Below, piece by piece: positions 40,590 through 52,406 of a stretch of 64,000 bases of DNA; position 1 is the first letter of the stretch; the number at the start of each line of letters is the position of its first letter. A model generated the notes under the pieces. The model was not told the origin of the DNA, did no database searches, and saw only the letters and a program-made list of their open reading frames with translations. The translations under genes and the position numbers were made by a program. The stretch spans positions 152,768,001 to 152,832,000 of the forward strand of contig NC_086102.1 in NCBI RefSeq assembly GCF_963921235.1. The letters are read 5' to 3'. This DNA is from Mobula hypostoma (lineage: Eukaryota).

Positions 40590-41045
40590 CAGCTTGCAGC
40601 AATGTAGGAGCCAACACGGTTGCGGAGACCCACAGCGTTGTCAGCCGGACAACTCACACCTCTCCTCCTGCCCGTTACCAACGAGCGCCGTCTCCTTGAC
40701 AACAGAGCTGGCCGACCATGAGCCCCTGCGCACCCAGCCACTACTTCCTCTTCCGGTTTCTGTCACTTCCCCACGACCACCGCCGAGCAGCCAATGGAAG
40801 GTAAAGCGGTGTGGGGAGGTGGTCTCAGTCCCCCAGCCATATCATCCCCCTCCACTCAACAAACGGCTCTTAGTCGACGCCTTCTTCTTGGCTGGGCTGC
40901 TTTCTGCCTTTGCAAGTTCTTTTGCAGCCCGTATCTTATCCCAAACTGGGCTGCATTCACTTCATGGTTGTGACACGAGTTCAGTTCCCACCAGAGCAAC
41001 GGGCGAACTCGCATTAAGTCTTAAGGAAAAAAAGCTTCGCTGAGC
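40590..41045. promoter_or_regulatory. CpG-rich bidirectional promoter region; likely non-coding exon 1 of ANKAR
   Basis: Local GC/CpG enrichment between divergent genes. ETS-type CTTCCGG at 40750-40756, CCAAT at 40791, X-box-like GTCTCCTTGACAAC at 40690-40703, minus-strand donor gtgagt near 40657. Confidence 0.7.
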
Positions 41046-41736
41046 AGCAATGATCATAATTAAAATTTATCCAAAACACTAATGTATTATGTCTAACTCT
41101 GGTAATCTATGACCCCACTAGTATCATTGGCTCTTCCAAAGAAATCTAGAAAGCTACTCCTTCCAATGGTAATTATTGAAGAGGAACTGTCAGCCAAATT
41201 GGTGAAACAGATATCCCGCGAATCTCTATGCGCAGGGATTCTTGACATATATACCTCTTTCCAGACACAAGAGATTGTGTAGATGCTGGAAATCTTAAGC
41301 AATACACACAATGTTGGAGGAACTTAGCAGGTCAGGCCAGGCCTCATCTCTGGAGGGAAATGAACAGTCGATGTTTCGGGCTGAGACCTTTCATTTCAGC
41401 TCAAAAGGTCGGCTGATCATTTTCTTCTATAGATGTTGCCTGACCTGCGGAGCTCATTCAGCATTTTATGTGTGTTGCTACACTTCTTCCCACCTATGGT
41501 TTTCGAATGTCACCCGAAGCAGGACTATTTCCGCGTAGTGTACTAACAGTGGCGAGATGTCGGGAGGATTTAAGAAGTCGGTTTTTGCATTTTATAAGTG
41601 AGATAAATCGGAAAAGCCTTTATAGAATAAACGTCTTCGAACCTTTCTGAAAAGTAACAACATTGCTTAAAATATTGGTGACATCGCATAATCGCTGTGC
41701 TTTAATTTCTCCAGTAGGATAAATTGCACGGATACT

Positions 41737-41928
41737 ATGAAGGCTATTATTCTAGCTGCTGGCTATGGCACAAGATTCAATCGTGATCTACAGAACGATA
41801 ATAGTGGAGATTTCAAGCATCTCCATGGCATCCCTAAGCCCCTTTTACCAGTAGGCGATCAACCACTCATCAGTCATTGGATGACGACGATAAATAAAAT
41901 CAAGTCCATCGACGCAGTTTATGTTATT
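41737..41928 (+). CDS. Nucleotidyltransferase coding exon 1
   Basis: ATG...VYVI|gtacgt; glycine-rich nucleotide-binding loop LAAGYGTR. Confidence 0.93.
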
Positions 41929-44900
41929 GTACGTCTACATACTGATTTTTTTTCTGAAGAAAAACTATCTTTTCGGACTAGAAGAGTTTGGCTAAAATAA
42001 TGACCTGACTACCTAAGGCATAATTTCAACATTTGCAGATGACACAAAACTTGGAAATATGGTAAAAATCAAGGAACATAATAAAAAGCATGATATGGAT
42101 GTCAAAACTGTTGATATTGGAAGATAGATTGTTTATGGCAGAAACTGAACGCATTGTTACAAACAGAAAAGGCAATAAAAATGAAATGTACAATTCTGGA
42201 AGGTGTAGCAACATGAAGCCTGTGGGCATAGAAAGCCTTCAAAGGTAGTAAAATGTCGAAAAAACCACTATAATTAAGATGAATAGAATACAAAGTAAGG
42301 TTTATACAAAATAGGCCTCACCTTAATAAAGTTCCATCTTGGATGCCAGACTTAAAAATATCAAGGAAGGGTGGAAAAATGAGATTTATCTCCTTTAAGC
42401 AAAGAAAGTTAAGGAGAGTTTGAAAAACTAGAACAAAACTGGTTATAAATAGCAGATTTGGGAGTTACAGATAGAAGATAACTAAAATAACTAGAGGTGA
42501 CAACATATATATGCTCTGAATTATTGGCATTTCAGAAAGGGGTTGGAAGCAAATTCAATAACTTCCCACAGAGAAGTGGTGGATAACTGAAACAGAGAGA
42601 AAAAAAAACAGTTCTGAAGTGAAAGAAAATAACTCAAAAAGTTTCTCTTTTTTGGTCTGCAGAAAACATTTGTTGCAAAATTAAATGTATTTTCAATGTT
42701 TACATTTATAATCTGGGTCAGTTAGAACTTTCTTCTGATTTTTTATAACCTATTGAATAAGTAAAAATATTATCCTTGCAACTTGTCACTGGTTGCCAAT
42801 GATCTTTGCAGACCAATGATGTCTATTATGCAAAATTTGAAGATTGGGCAAAGGAGTTCCAACTAGTCACAGTCCTAAGTGATGGAACAACAAGCAATGA
42901 GGTGGGTATTCTCTGCTGTATCCAGGATTTTCAATCAATGATTTGAAATTGATGACTTTCAAAAATACTGCATCACTATGGAAATTACAATTTGGATACA
43001 GATAAGCTTCAATTCCAATGTAAAAGTGAAAAATACTTGTTCAGAAAATAGCTATTTATGATGGGGATAAAATTACTTTATTCATGAATGGTAAATGCAA
43101 TTATTCATTTGTTTCCTTTTTTTACTATTAGTATTCAGGTAATGCTTAGAGAGAACATTAGAAGGTTGTAACAGATCTACGTGTATAGATTAGGTTATAA
43201 TCAAGAATGATAATCAGCTAATTTATTGATGTCTTTGATCTGTTTCTAAATGCTAGAACTTCCTGCCAGTATCTACATACATTCTAAGTTATAATTTAGC
43301 TCCTTGTGCATGCTCCACCATTCAATAAGATCAGATTGCCTTTATACTTCATTGCCACTTTTCAGTGCTAACCAATTCTGCTCAATATCTAAGACTATAT
43401 TAACTTCCATCTTAAGCGTAAAATGATAAAAACTTTAGTGTACAGAAAGAAATTTTTCTGGGCCCTCCGAAGATTATATATTGAGACAGGATCCTGTTTC
43501 TAGATACTCAAACCAGGGAAGTATAGTTACAAACTTATATTAACCATATTTCTTGATTGGAGACTATAATTGCAATGAAACCTGACACAAATCTTGGGTT
43601 CATACCATTATGCATAGTGACCATCTGTAAATTTTAAATACAGCAGGTATTTTACAAATCTTAATTATCCAAGGGACCTCTTTGCAAAGTGCCAAGGAAA
43701 GAAACATAAGGGTGTCCCCACATTTACAAGATTTTTGTTTATGAAGTATTATTGTGATTAAAATGTTATATGATGTGTAAATTTTATAATTTATAATTTT
43801 TTGGAAAAATTTTCTTGCCTGTTTAAAATCAGCTTGTTCTCTTTATAGAAACGTTTAGGTGCAGTTGCTTGTCTTCAGCTTGTCATTACTCAGTTTAACA
43901 TCAATGATCATATATTGGTTCTTGGCGGGTAAGCAATAATAAAGAGCACAGTAAGGGTTTTAATATAAAATAATGATTTAAAATATGCAATATTTAACCT
44001 CAATTTTAATTTTAATTAACCATGTAAGCTTTTTACAGAATATATTGATATTTAACATCAATTAGTCTATAGCTGCTATTATTCTATGGTATTTGCTTAT
44101 AACAGTATTACTCACTGATAAACAATTCAAAGAACAAAATAAGTTAGTCAACAAAATGTAATTTGTTTTGTATTTCTTCACAATTTAACCTTTAACATAT
44201 CTGTCTGGTCTTTAAATAAGACTGTCTCTTATATTTCTGAACTGTAGAAAGCACAGACAGAGTTTTCTTTACCTGTGCAAATATTACTTAAAGACTGACA
44301 TTCATTGCTATCATAATCTATCTACCATTCATTTTCCTTTGTTAGTTCTATTTTCATTTGGAGTCTCTAGGGACCTGGAACCAATTTAGGCCATGGTTAG
44401 GCCATGAACCTGGTCCAAGTCACAACATGGGCTTCAAAATTTAACTTGAGCTGAAATTTATGCAAGGAGGAGAAGAGTAAAATCTTGCAATAGTTAAATT
44501 TGGAGATGACAAAATGGTTTCAATCAATTTAACCTTTAACTTTTTAAATGAATTGTTCCAGCTTTCACTTTGACTACTTTTCTTTTATATCAGGGACACA
44601 TTGTTCTATGAGGACTTCAGTCTTTCGGATATCCTTGCAAAATTTGCTGAGCTGCAGAATATTAACTGTGAAAGCAGTTTGGTTTTGTCATACCCATGCA
44701 AAGATGAAGGTCAATTCAAAAATTTATTACAAAGATTATTTCTTTCCTGAACCAATCTTTGAGAAAACTAACATAATTTCTCTCCACAGAAACCACAAAA
44801 TTTGGCATCTTGGAAATAAATGAAAAGTTGCAAGTCACTGGATTTAAAGAAAAACCCAGCTCTACCGAAACAACATCTCGCAATGCAGTAAGATTTTTGA

Positions 44901-46036
44901 TTTCTAACATGACATTTCTGTCCTGACGAAGGGTCTCGGCCTGAAACGTCGACTGCGCCTCTTCCTATAGATGCTGCTTGGCCTGCTGCGTTCACCAGCA
45001 ACTTTGATGTATGTTGCTTGAATTTCCAGCATCTGCAGAATTCCTGCTGTTTGCGTTTAAATTTCTTGGTCACATCATTTTTCTTTTAAAAGCTTCTTTT
45101 GGAAAATGTTACTTCAAAAGCATCACTTCCTGCTAATGCTGTCTTGTGGAACCAAGTTTATATTCTCATCTTTGAATTCTTTAAGTTTAAAAATTAGATT
45201 CAAAACTAGTCTAGTTGAATATTGATAAGAGTTTTTTATTCACATCAATTTTCTATTTTCCAGTGCCCATGCTTTTACATATATTCAAAAAATACAGTTC
45301 CATTGATTGCAAAATTTCTTCAAGAGAAACAAGTAAGTGTCAACATCAATAAGATTAAGTTCAATCTATTCTTTTTAAAAAGTATGTTTAAGTCATGTTG
45401 TAACTAGAGAAATGTTCAGCATTATTATACCACTTAATTATTAGTACATTTAAGCATTTTAGTGCAAATCCAATTCTACGTTACCTGTGTAGATTTAGTA
45501 ACATATTAACAGTTAGTAACATATTTGAACAGTATTTATATTTTAAATTACCACAACATGGTTCAAATATTCAATGTGTTTTTAAAGACAATTAATTACT
45601 ATTATTTTGATGGGAAGACTATATTGAAATTATTTGCTTGAATCAAATATGTTGGCAGCTATACCTAATCAAATGGCCCAAAAGTTCCCAAGAATATATT
45701 TTCCTTTCAATCAATTTATAATTCCTTGGAAAAATATAAGGATTATTTATTTCAGTAATTTATACAAAACACTTCTTTTAAATTATTTATTTTCATTAGA
45801 ATTCACCATTGGAAGAGAGAGATGCGCCTGGAAATTTTTTGCTTTGGGTCTACACAAGGTAATAATGTTTATTTTCAAATTAATTTAAAATATTTATGCC
45901 ATTTTGCTACTTCTGCTTTTTATATTGCAGGAAACCAGTGTTTGTCCATCATGTATGTGGCCGATTTGATGTTGGAAATCTTCCATCATACATTGCATGT
46001 ACTAAGTATTTCCAGAAGTCTTGTGGTGCAATCTGA
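41737..46036 (+). CDS. Uncharacterised sugar-1-phosphate nucleotidyltransferase (NTP_transferase family, RmlA/GalU/GMPP-like catalytic domain only), 269 aa, 8 coding exons; resembles zebrafish zgc:136439 from memory
   Basis: Exons 41737-41928, 42812-42901, 43849-43928, 44594-44709, 44790-44887, 45264-45332, 45800-45858, 45931-46036 total 810 nt, all GT-AG and in phase. Motifs MKAIILAAGYGTR, PKPLLPVG, GGDTLF, FGILE, FKEKP, RFDVG. Confidence 0.93.
42812..42901 (+). CDS. Nucleotidyltransferase coding exon 2
   Basis: ttgcag|TNDVYYAKFEDWAKEFQLVTVLSDGTTSNE|gtgggt. Confidence 0.9.
43849..43928 (+). CDS. Nucleotidyltransferase coding exon 3
   Basis: ttatag|KRLGAVACLQLVITQFNINDHILVLGG|gtaagc. Confidence 0.9.
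44594..44709 (+). CDS. Nucleotidyltransferase coding exon 4
   Basis: tatcag|DTLFYEDFSL...SYPCKDE|gtcaat. Confidence 0.88.
44790..44887 (+). CDS. Nucleotidyltransferase coding exon 5
   Basis: ccacag|ETTKFGILEINEKLQVTGFKEKPSSTETTSRNA|gtaaga. Confidence 0.9.
44920..45056 (+). mobile_element. Penelope-derived mini-element beginning with a hammerhead core (44920-44953)
   Basis: GTC CTGACGA AGGGTCTCGGCCT GAAAC GTC GAC followed by pLTR end and tail. Confidence 0.85.
45264..45332 (+). CDS. Nucleotidyltransferase coding exon 6
   Basis: ttccag|CPCFYIYSKNTVPLIAKFLQEKQ|gtaagt. Confidence 0.9.
45800..45858 (+). CDS. Nucleotidyltransferase coding exon 7
   Basis: cattag|NSPLEERDAPGNFLLWVYT|gtaata. Confidence 0.9.
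45931..46036 (+). CDS. Nucleotidyltransferase coding exon 8 (terminal)
   Basis: ttgcag|RKPVFVHHVCGRFDVGNLPSYIACTKYFQKSCGAI*. Candidate AATAAA signals at 46637, 46826, 46940 and 47154. Confidence 0.9.
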
Positions 46037-47810
46037 TTGTAAAGTTATTATTCATTCCGATTAAGTTCTTCTTAAACTTGTGACCATTTCTTTTGTTAGT
46101 GTTAATAGAGAACATGGTCTGGCACCAAACATTTAATGAAGCCTAGCAATTACGTGTTCTGAATTATTGTTTAAACTAAATGTAGCACTGAACAACTACA
46201 AACCAGAAATACACTTTTGTAGACTTCTCACCTTAGTTAAATTTAAAGGAATGCATTTCTTCCTCAGTTGAACAGTGATAGAATGTCAGAAGAATGATGA
46301 AACATCCTCAGCTTTTAAAAATTTTCCATAAAATTTCTCAAGTGTTTATATAATTTTTACTCTTTTTGAATGGCGCGATGAAAATGTATTTGTAAATTAT
46401 AAACTTTAAGGCAATTGTTTTGGAGAACATGAGGTGAGAAAGGAACTTTTACTGATCTTGCAATCAAGTATAGGGCTCATGTTGGAAGAGTTAATCTATT
46501 CCAGTCCTACAAAAGCCAAAGTGTCTTCCTCTGAGATGTACTTTCTATTATGCACAAGATTATAAAAATTGAAATTATTATTTTAATTGTTATGTTACTT
46601 TGGAACAGATTTCATACTGACATTAGAAGTGAACTTAATAAAATGAAATTCAGAATATTGTTTAGGTAGAGTTGACTGGAAGACTTATAGAACTGAGGCA
46701 TATTGATAGAATTTCAAACAACCTTTTATATCAGACAAATAATAAGATTTATATTTATACCTTGCTGGCAGTGAACTGTATATCGTTAAAGTAACCATAC
46801 ATGACTATCACCAGTATTTTGTTTTAATAAAATAATATACATTTTATAACTACAAAGAGAGATTTATATTTTGCAGGGATGCTTAATGTATTTAGGACAA
46901 CTTAGAGGTGCCAAATTTCATGTAATTTTTTTTGTATCAAATAAACTGGTAGCACAACATTCATGCTGTCTGCTCTCTTATCCTTTAGTATCCATTTGAA
47001 ATTGATGGGAAACAAAGTGATGCAAATGATCTTGAAAATGATCATTTAATATTTTTAATTTCCACAAGACCATAATTATTGAAATATTTTGATTATTTTT
47101 ATAAACAGTAATACATTAATTAGTTAGCAATTCCTACCTGCAGCTCTTTTGCTAATAAAGTACTATTGACACAATATTTTTTTAAACTACTGACTATAAA
47201 GCCCCAATTACTGAAAATGCTTTTATTATATCTGAGTCAGCACCCTTCTCAGATATTCTACCTTATTCAAAAATCACAACAGAAAATATTTCATAGTACA
47301 TTATTTCCATTTTCTTTTGATGGATTAAGAATTTGAAAGATAGAGGTTACAATATTGTGTCCTTAAGATCATCTTCTGAGCAGATTCATAGAATCACTAC
47401 TATTAAATTTTAAATGCACTGGCTCATATTTTGAGGAAACTGCTGAGTGACATCACTTACCACAGAACTTAGGGGAGAAAAACGGTAGAGATGTAGCAGT
47501 CTCTGAGACAAGAATTTCCTGTATGTGATGCCCCCTGCTAGCAATTTTATTGAACTTCAAGGCCAGGCAGCTGGTGATATTGAGCTGGCTGGGTAATCAT
47601 TTTCACTAGATCTCATGGACAGGAGATCAGAAAGAAAATTTCAGGTATGTCTAAACAGAAACATACACTCAATTAAAGCAGAAGATAAAATAAATGTTTT
47701 ATTTTAAATTTGTATATGAAACATTTCAGAAAATTAACACTACACAAAAGAAAATCTATTTTTAGGATTCAATAATTTGCGAAACTATTGAGGATATCAA
47801 AAGTTTCTTT

Positions 47811-48670
47811 TGTTACGAGAATACACATAAAATTAAGATGTTTGCTGGCCTGGGCTAGCATCAGTGGCATCAGCAGTTGGTCTGCCACCTGCCCTCAGGG
47901 GAAGGAGAGATAAGGAACAATGGAGCAGCGTCTGGGGATGTGTAATGAGGGGATGTGGGAGGAAGAGCTGTCTGGAGCGGCTCCCCCCTTTGAACCCTGA
48001 ACTGTTTGAAGTGATGGACAGGCGATACCCCAGCAGGGGGATAAAAAGGGACAGGTTCGCTAAGACAGACACACACGCCACCCGAGGTAACGAGACCCTG
48101 GAAGCGGTACGCTTCTCACGAGTGGGTGAGAAGTATCAGACAACGACCAGGGTGGAAAGGTACGATCAGCGGGAACCCGGTGTGTGTCCGCCCTTGCCTG
48201 GGTGCCGGGTTCACTGCAGAGGATCGACCGCATCTGGAGGAGGGGTCACAGTCGGTGACCTCAGGTGACATCACCAAGGACCCGCCCAAAAGCTGTTTGT
48301 GAGCCTTATCGCCGGTCTGTGAGTGAAGCCGTTCTGAATGATGAGTTGTTCCTATTCTATCTCTCTCTTCCCCCACGTTGTCCACCGCCATGGCAACGAT
48401 TACTGCGAACTGAACTACTAAACTGGACTGAACTTTGAGTCATTTTGAAATTGGTCATTTACCCCTAGACAACGATAGAGCTTGATTGATGCTGTTATCT
48501 TAATTCTGTGCACATGTGTGTTTATCATCACTGAACGGTTGCATTTATTATCCTTTCGATTACTGTGTTGCTTGTTTCTTTAATAAAACTTTCTTAGTTC
48601 TAGTACTCCAGACTCCAACTGAGTGATCCATTTCTGCTGGTTTGGCAACCCAGTTACGGGGTACGTAACA
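47811..48670 (+). mobile_element. Solo LTR (860 bp)
   Basis: TGTTACG...CGTAACA termini; 4-bp TSD CTTT at 47807-47810 and 48671-48674; AATAAA at 48582. Confidence 0.85.
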
Positions 48671-48689
48671 CTTTGAATACACAAAGTGT

Positions 48690-51305
48690 AAAAGAAACGA
48701 GTGTGGACAGCTGGAAAATAATGCTGGAGAGGTAGTAATGGGGGACAAGGAAATGGCAGACGAACTGAATAAGTATTTTGCATCAGTCTTCACTGTGGAA
48801 GACACTAGCAGTATGATGGAAGTTTCTGGTGTCAGGGGTCATGAAGTGTCTGAAGTTACCATTACTAGGGAGAGGGTTTTTGGGAAACTGAAAGGTCTGA
48901 AGTCACCTCGACCAACTGGCGTACACCCCAGGGTTCTGAAAGAGGTGGGTGAAGAGATTCTGCCTTAGTAATGATCCTTCAAGAATCACGGGATTCTGGA
49001 ATAGTTCCAGAAGACTGGAAAATTGCAAATGTCACTCCACTCTTCAACAAGAGAGAGGCAGAAGAAAGGAAACTATAGGCCAGTTAATGGTTGGGAAGAT
49101 GTTGCAGTTGGTTATTAAGGATGCGGTCTCGGTATTTGGAGATACATGATAAAATAGGTTGTAGTCTGCATGGTTTCCTCAAGGGAAAATCTTGCCTGAC
49201 AAATCTGTTGGAATTCTTCGAAGAAATAACAAGGAGGATAGACAAAGGAGAATCGGTTGATGTTGTGTACTTGGATTTTCAGAAGGCCTTTGACAAGGTG
49301 CCACACATGAGGCTGCTTAACAAGTTATGAGCCCATGGTATAACAGGAAAGATTCTAGCATGGATAAAGCAGTTGCTGATTGGCAGGAAGCAAAGAGTGG
49401 TAATAAAAGGAGCCACTTCTGGTTGGCTGCCATTGACTACGGTGTTCCACAGGTGTCTGTGTTGGGACCGGCTCTTTTTGTTGTATGTCAATGATTTGTA
49501 TTATGGAATTAATAACATAGATAGAATCCTATGGTTTACAGGAAAGATACTGCCTTGGATAGAGGAATGACTGCCAGGCAGGAGGCAGCGAGTGGGAATA
49601 AAAGGGGCCTTTTCTGGTTGGTTACCAGTGGCTAGTGGTGTTCCTTAGGGAGTCAGTAGTGGGACCGCTACTTTTCACAGTTTGTCAATGATTTGGATAA
49701 TGGAATTGATGTTTTTGTGGCAAAATTTGTGGATGATACAAAGATAGATGGAGGGGTAGATAGTGCTGAGGAAGCAAAGACATTGCAGCAGGATTTCGAC
49801 AAATTGGAAGAATGGGCAAAAAAGTGGGAGATGGAATACAGTGTTGGGAAATGAATGATAATGCATTTTGGTAAAAGTAACAATACTGCAGACTATTCTC
49901 TAAATGAGAAGGTTCAAACATCAGAGGTACAGAGGGACTTTGGAGTCCTCATGCAAGACTCCAAAAGTTTAATTTACAAGTTGAGTATGTGGTAAATAAG
50001 GTAAATGCGATGTTGGCATTTATTTCAAGGAGAATAAAATATAAAAGGAGATAATGCTGAGCCTTTATAAGACATTAGTCAGGCCGCACTTGGAATATTG
50101 TCAACAGTTTTGGGTGCCGTATCTCAGAAGGATGTGTTGTCATTGGAAAGTCCAGAGGAAGGTCATAAGGATGATTCTGGGAATGAAGGAGTTAACATAT
50201 GAAGTGCATTTGGCAGCTTTAGGCCTGCACTCACTGGAATTTAGAAGAATGCGTGAGGATCTCATTGCAACCTACCGAATGTTGGAAGGACTAGCTAGGT
50301 GGATGTGAAGATTGTTTCCTTTGGTGGGGCTATCCAGAACTAGAGGGCACAGCCTCAAAATTGACGGGTGGCCTTTTAGAATGTAGGTAAGGAGGAATTT
50401 TTTGGCTAGCAAGTAATGAATTTGTGGCAAGAAGGCAGAAATATGGGTTTGAGTGGGATCTAGAATCAGCCATAATGTAATGGTGGAGCAAACTCAATGG
50501 GCTGAATAGCCTAATTCTGCTCCTATGTTTTATGGTTACAAAGTTTGCGGATGATATGAAGATCAGTGGAAGGGCAGGTAGTTTTGAGAAAGTAAAGAGG
50601 CGACAGGAGAATGGACAAAGAAGTGGCAGATGGAATACAATATTGAAAAGTGTATGATCATGCAATTTGGTAGAAGAAATGAAAGGATTGACTATTTTCT
50701 AAATGGAAAGAAAATGCAGGAAAAAAACTGTGGCACAAAGGGACTTGGGAGTCCTTGTGCAGCATTCCCTAAAGGTTAATTTGCAGGGTGAGTCAAAGGC
50801 AAATGCAATGTTTGTATTCATTTCAAGAGGACTAGAATATATTAATTCAGGGATATAAAGCACTGGTGAGACCTCACTTGGGAGTATAGTGAGCAGGTTT
50901 GGGCCACTCATCTTAGAAAGGATGTTCTGAAACTGGAGAGGGTTCAAAGGAACTTCATGAAAATGATTCCAGGATTGAATGACTTGTCATATGAGGAGCG
51001 TTTGATGGCTCTAGGCCTGTGTTCACTGGAACTCAGAAGAATAAGGGGTAACCTCATTGAAACCTGTCAAATGGTGATAGCTAGACAGTGATGAATCTGT
51101 GGAGTTCTTTGCCACAGGCAGCTGTGGAGGCTAAGTCTTTATGTATATTTAGGGAAGAGATTGTTAGATTCTTGATTGGTCAAGTATTATGGGATATGGG
51201 GAGAAGGCAGGAGATTGGGACTGAGGAAAATTAGATCAACCATGATGAAATGGTGGAGAAGATTCGACAGGCCAAATGGCCTAATTCTGCTATCTCTTAT
51301 GGTCT
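48690..51305 (+). mobile_element. Stack of CR1 LINE ORF2 fragments (at least two 3' ends, ~50535 and ~51305)
   Basis: HGFLKGKSCLTNLLEFFE, DVVYLDFQKAFDKVPH and LYKTLVRPHLEYC motifs. Confidence 0.9.
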
Positions 51306-51327
51306 AAACAGCAGTTAAAAATTGGTA

Positions 51328-52401
51328 CAGGTTGAGTACCCCTTATTCAAAATGCTTGGGGCCAGTAAGTGTTTTGGGTTTTTTTTCAGATTTTGGAATA
51401 ATTGCATCTATAATGAGATAGCTTTGGACGGGACCCAAGTCTAAACACAAAATCCATGTACACTACATATACAGCTTAGACATATACCCTGAAGATAGTT
51501 TTATAAAATATTTTGTGCATGAAACAGTAGTGTGCAGATTGAACCATCATTACCTTGCCTATACAGGTGGGCAATCAGTGGCTGGGCAGCATTTCCATTA
51601 TCCGTGACTCTGAATTTATGTGCTATCAGTACACAATCTTTGTCATACACTTGTTCATTACACATTTGCACTAATGCAGCAGTTCAGTGTACGATTTTCA
51701 TCAGTAGTGATCTTGACAAACTTATCAATGGATTTATTTGTTGCTTCATGATTAGTCGATGTCTTATCACCACAAATCTTTAAAAATTTAATGCTGTGCC
51801 TATTCTGAAATTTTTGCAACTGGTTTGCTGAATATTCAATTACCTTCAATGTTCAGTGCGTTGTGATAGATCTTTTGCTTGTTTCATGATCAACAAACCG
51901 TCAAATGGCATGTGTTGAGGAGTACATTCAGCCAGAGACTCATTCCACTGAGATGCAACACTGAGCATCATAGGAAGTCATTCCTGCCTGTGGCCATCAA
52001 ACTTTACAACTCCTCCCTTGGAGGGTCAGACGCCCTGAGCCAACAGGCTGGTCCTGGACATTTTCTGGCATAATTTACATATTACTATTTAATTATTTAT
52101 GGTACAACTGTAACAAAAACCAATTTCCCTCGGGATCAATAAAGTATGACTATGACTATGGATGAATCCATTCCTTCAATACACGATCAAGTCTTCATTT
52201 TTCACTTTATGCAGTGTTTTCCTATTAATTCCTGTTCATTATATATAACAGGTCACTTCCCAGAACTGTCTGTGTGGGCAGAGACCTGTGCAGCACCTGA
52301 GAACCTTCCCAGCACTTTGTGGAATTTTCCATTTGTGATCTCATGTCAACACTCAAAAAATTTTTGGATTTCGGAATTTCGGATAAGGGGTGCTCAACCT
52401 G
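51328..52401. mobile_element. Tigger/pogo-type non-autonomous DNA transposon (Tigger4/MER46-like TIRs) containing a Rex1 3' insert (~51915-52160)
   Basis: TIRs CAGGTTGAGTACCCCTTATTC and GGATAAGGGGTGCTCAACCTG, each flanked by TA. Confidence 0.85.
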
Positions 52402-52406
52402 TATAT

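Noticed and set aside
40514-41043. ORFs over the CpG-rich promoter
   Set aside because: Expected stop-codon depletion in GC-rich DNA. The minus-strand ATG near 40719 hits a stop before the donor.
41737-46036. Bacterial contamination or recent horizontal transfer of an rmlA-like gene
   Set aside because: Seven canonical spliceosomal introns containing host repeats show it is a resident vertebrate gene.
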